This document shows, piece by piece, positions 63,296-64,000 of a DNA stretch of 64,000 bases. Within the stretch, counting starts at the first letter, position 1. Each line of letters opens with the position of its first letter. The notes beneath the pieces are model-generated. The model saw only the letters and a program-made list of their open reading frames with translations, was not told the origin of the DNA and did no database searches. Made by a program: the position numbers and the translations under genes. Source of the DNA: a virus. Lineage: Duplodnaviria > Caudoviricetes. The stretch lies in IMG/VR virus record IMGVR_UViG_3300011337_000669; one strand, 5' to 3'.

Positions 63296-64000
63296 ACAAC
63301 TCAATCTTTTCTTTCAATACTTTTTGAAATTGATTAGCAATCATTTTGGTAAACTTGACAGTTGGCGAATCTTCCGACTCTCCGTATCTTGTTCCACCAC
63401 TTGGAGGTCTTGTACTTCTCCCAAGATAATTTAACCCTGAAATGTTTGTTATACATTTGTGGCCTCCCGAGTTGGCTTGTATCAAGTCCCAAGCATTTAC
63501 ACCGATTTTGTCCAAAATCTTCATTTCATCTTCAGTCAAACTTTTGAAAGATTTTTCCATCATGGTACCAATCTTGTCTAAGATTTGTTCACCATTATCC
63601 ATAAACATTATTTTTTCACCATATAGGGCTTTGAAATCTTTGAATGTAAATCCAATACTTTCAGGTCCAACACTAGTTTCACTTACCCACTTTATTGTTG
63701 ATAGTGGTACAGTTTTTTGTTTCAATTGGTCTTCCCATTTACTTAAAACTTCTTGTGCGATTTCCCCTAAATTAACACCTTTAAGTTCTCTATCTTTCTT
63801 AAACGGATTACAGGATGCTTGAACGAGTCCCATAGGCCATGCCATAATTAAAAAGTCTGCCTCAGGATTATTTTTATAAGGAGTGTATCTATCATAAGAA
63901 CCTGGCTTGAACATACTACCTCCTCCATATTGGAAAATAATATTATCAGTTACAGTTGGGAAAGATTTCATTTGCCCGATATAATCTTCAGCATTTTTCT
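63279..64000 (-). CDS. C-terminal part of a probable DHH-family protein, 5' end outside the window
   Basis: Frame stays open to 64000; SGGH motif near C-terminus (DHHA1-like); family call tentative. Confidence 0.6.
   Translation of the reverse strand, partial: KNAEDYIGQMKSFPTVTDNIIFQYGGGSMFKPGSYDRYTPYKNNPEADFLIMAWPMGLVQASCNPFKKDRELKGVNLGEIAQEVLSKWEDQLKQKTVPLSTIKWVSETSVGPESIGFTFKDFKALYGEKIMFMDNGEQILDKIGTMMEKSFKSLTEDEMKILDKIGVNAWDLIQANSGGHKCITNISGLNYLGRSTRPPSGGTRYGESEDSPTVKFTKMIANQFQKVLKEKIELSKTSN

Noticed and set aside
149-63822. Numerous 60-150-aa ORFs antisense to or overlapping called genes (e.g. 647-895, 981-1298, 15497-15883, 27799-28257, 45540-46034)
   Set aside because: Shadow frames of better-supported genes or tRNAs, with no motifs or expression signals.
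1-64000. Stop-codon reassignment
   Set aside because: TAA, TAG and TGA all end recognisable genes, coding density is high under code 11, and no suppressor tRNA was found.
1-64000. Eukaryotic giant virus or bacterial chromosome origin of the window
   Set aside because: Bacterial promoters, intrinsic terminators, overlapping operons, an endolysin and phage-type hypothetical genes, with no core chromosomal operons, indicate a bacteriophage.

Overview
A 64-kb segment of a large, AT-rich dsDNA bacteriophage (jumbo/huge-phage-like), read in genetic code 11. The host is probably a member of Bacteroidota: many genes carry TAnnTTTG -7 promoter boxes, several with TTTG/TTG about 19-21 nt upstream. No capsid, portal or terminase gene lies in the window. 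It holds about 125 mostly short CDSs: ClpP, ThyA, an IscA/HesB protein, cyclophilin, SAM decarboxylase, NUDIX, a GH19 endolysin, metallophosphoesterases, an RNA-repair set, an adenine MTase with an adjacent nuclease, and several free-standing homing-type endonucleases. It also has three tRNAs, one aberrant tRNA-Phe-like gene and many hairpin terminators. Strongest unexplained signals: (1) a bipartite cluster of DnaA boxes in mostly non-coding DNA at 44.8-46.4 kb; (2) more than 20 unrelated proteins sharing short N-terminal leaders ending in I/L/M-x-E, most behind a common TATTTAT motif, suggesting a T4-CTS-like virion cargo system with shuffled modules; (3) an RNA ligase gene split through its active site by an endonuclease gene with no intron; (4) a CCA-encoding tRNA-like RNA with a 20-nt D-loop hairpin and a 6-nt anticodon loop, followed by a structured ~280-nt RNA; (5) a repeat-delimited gene-cassette array at 40-44 kb. 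All family calls come from motif recognition by eye; no database search was run.
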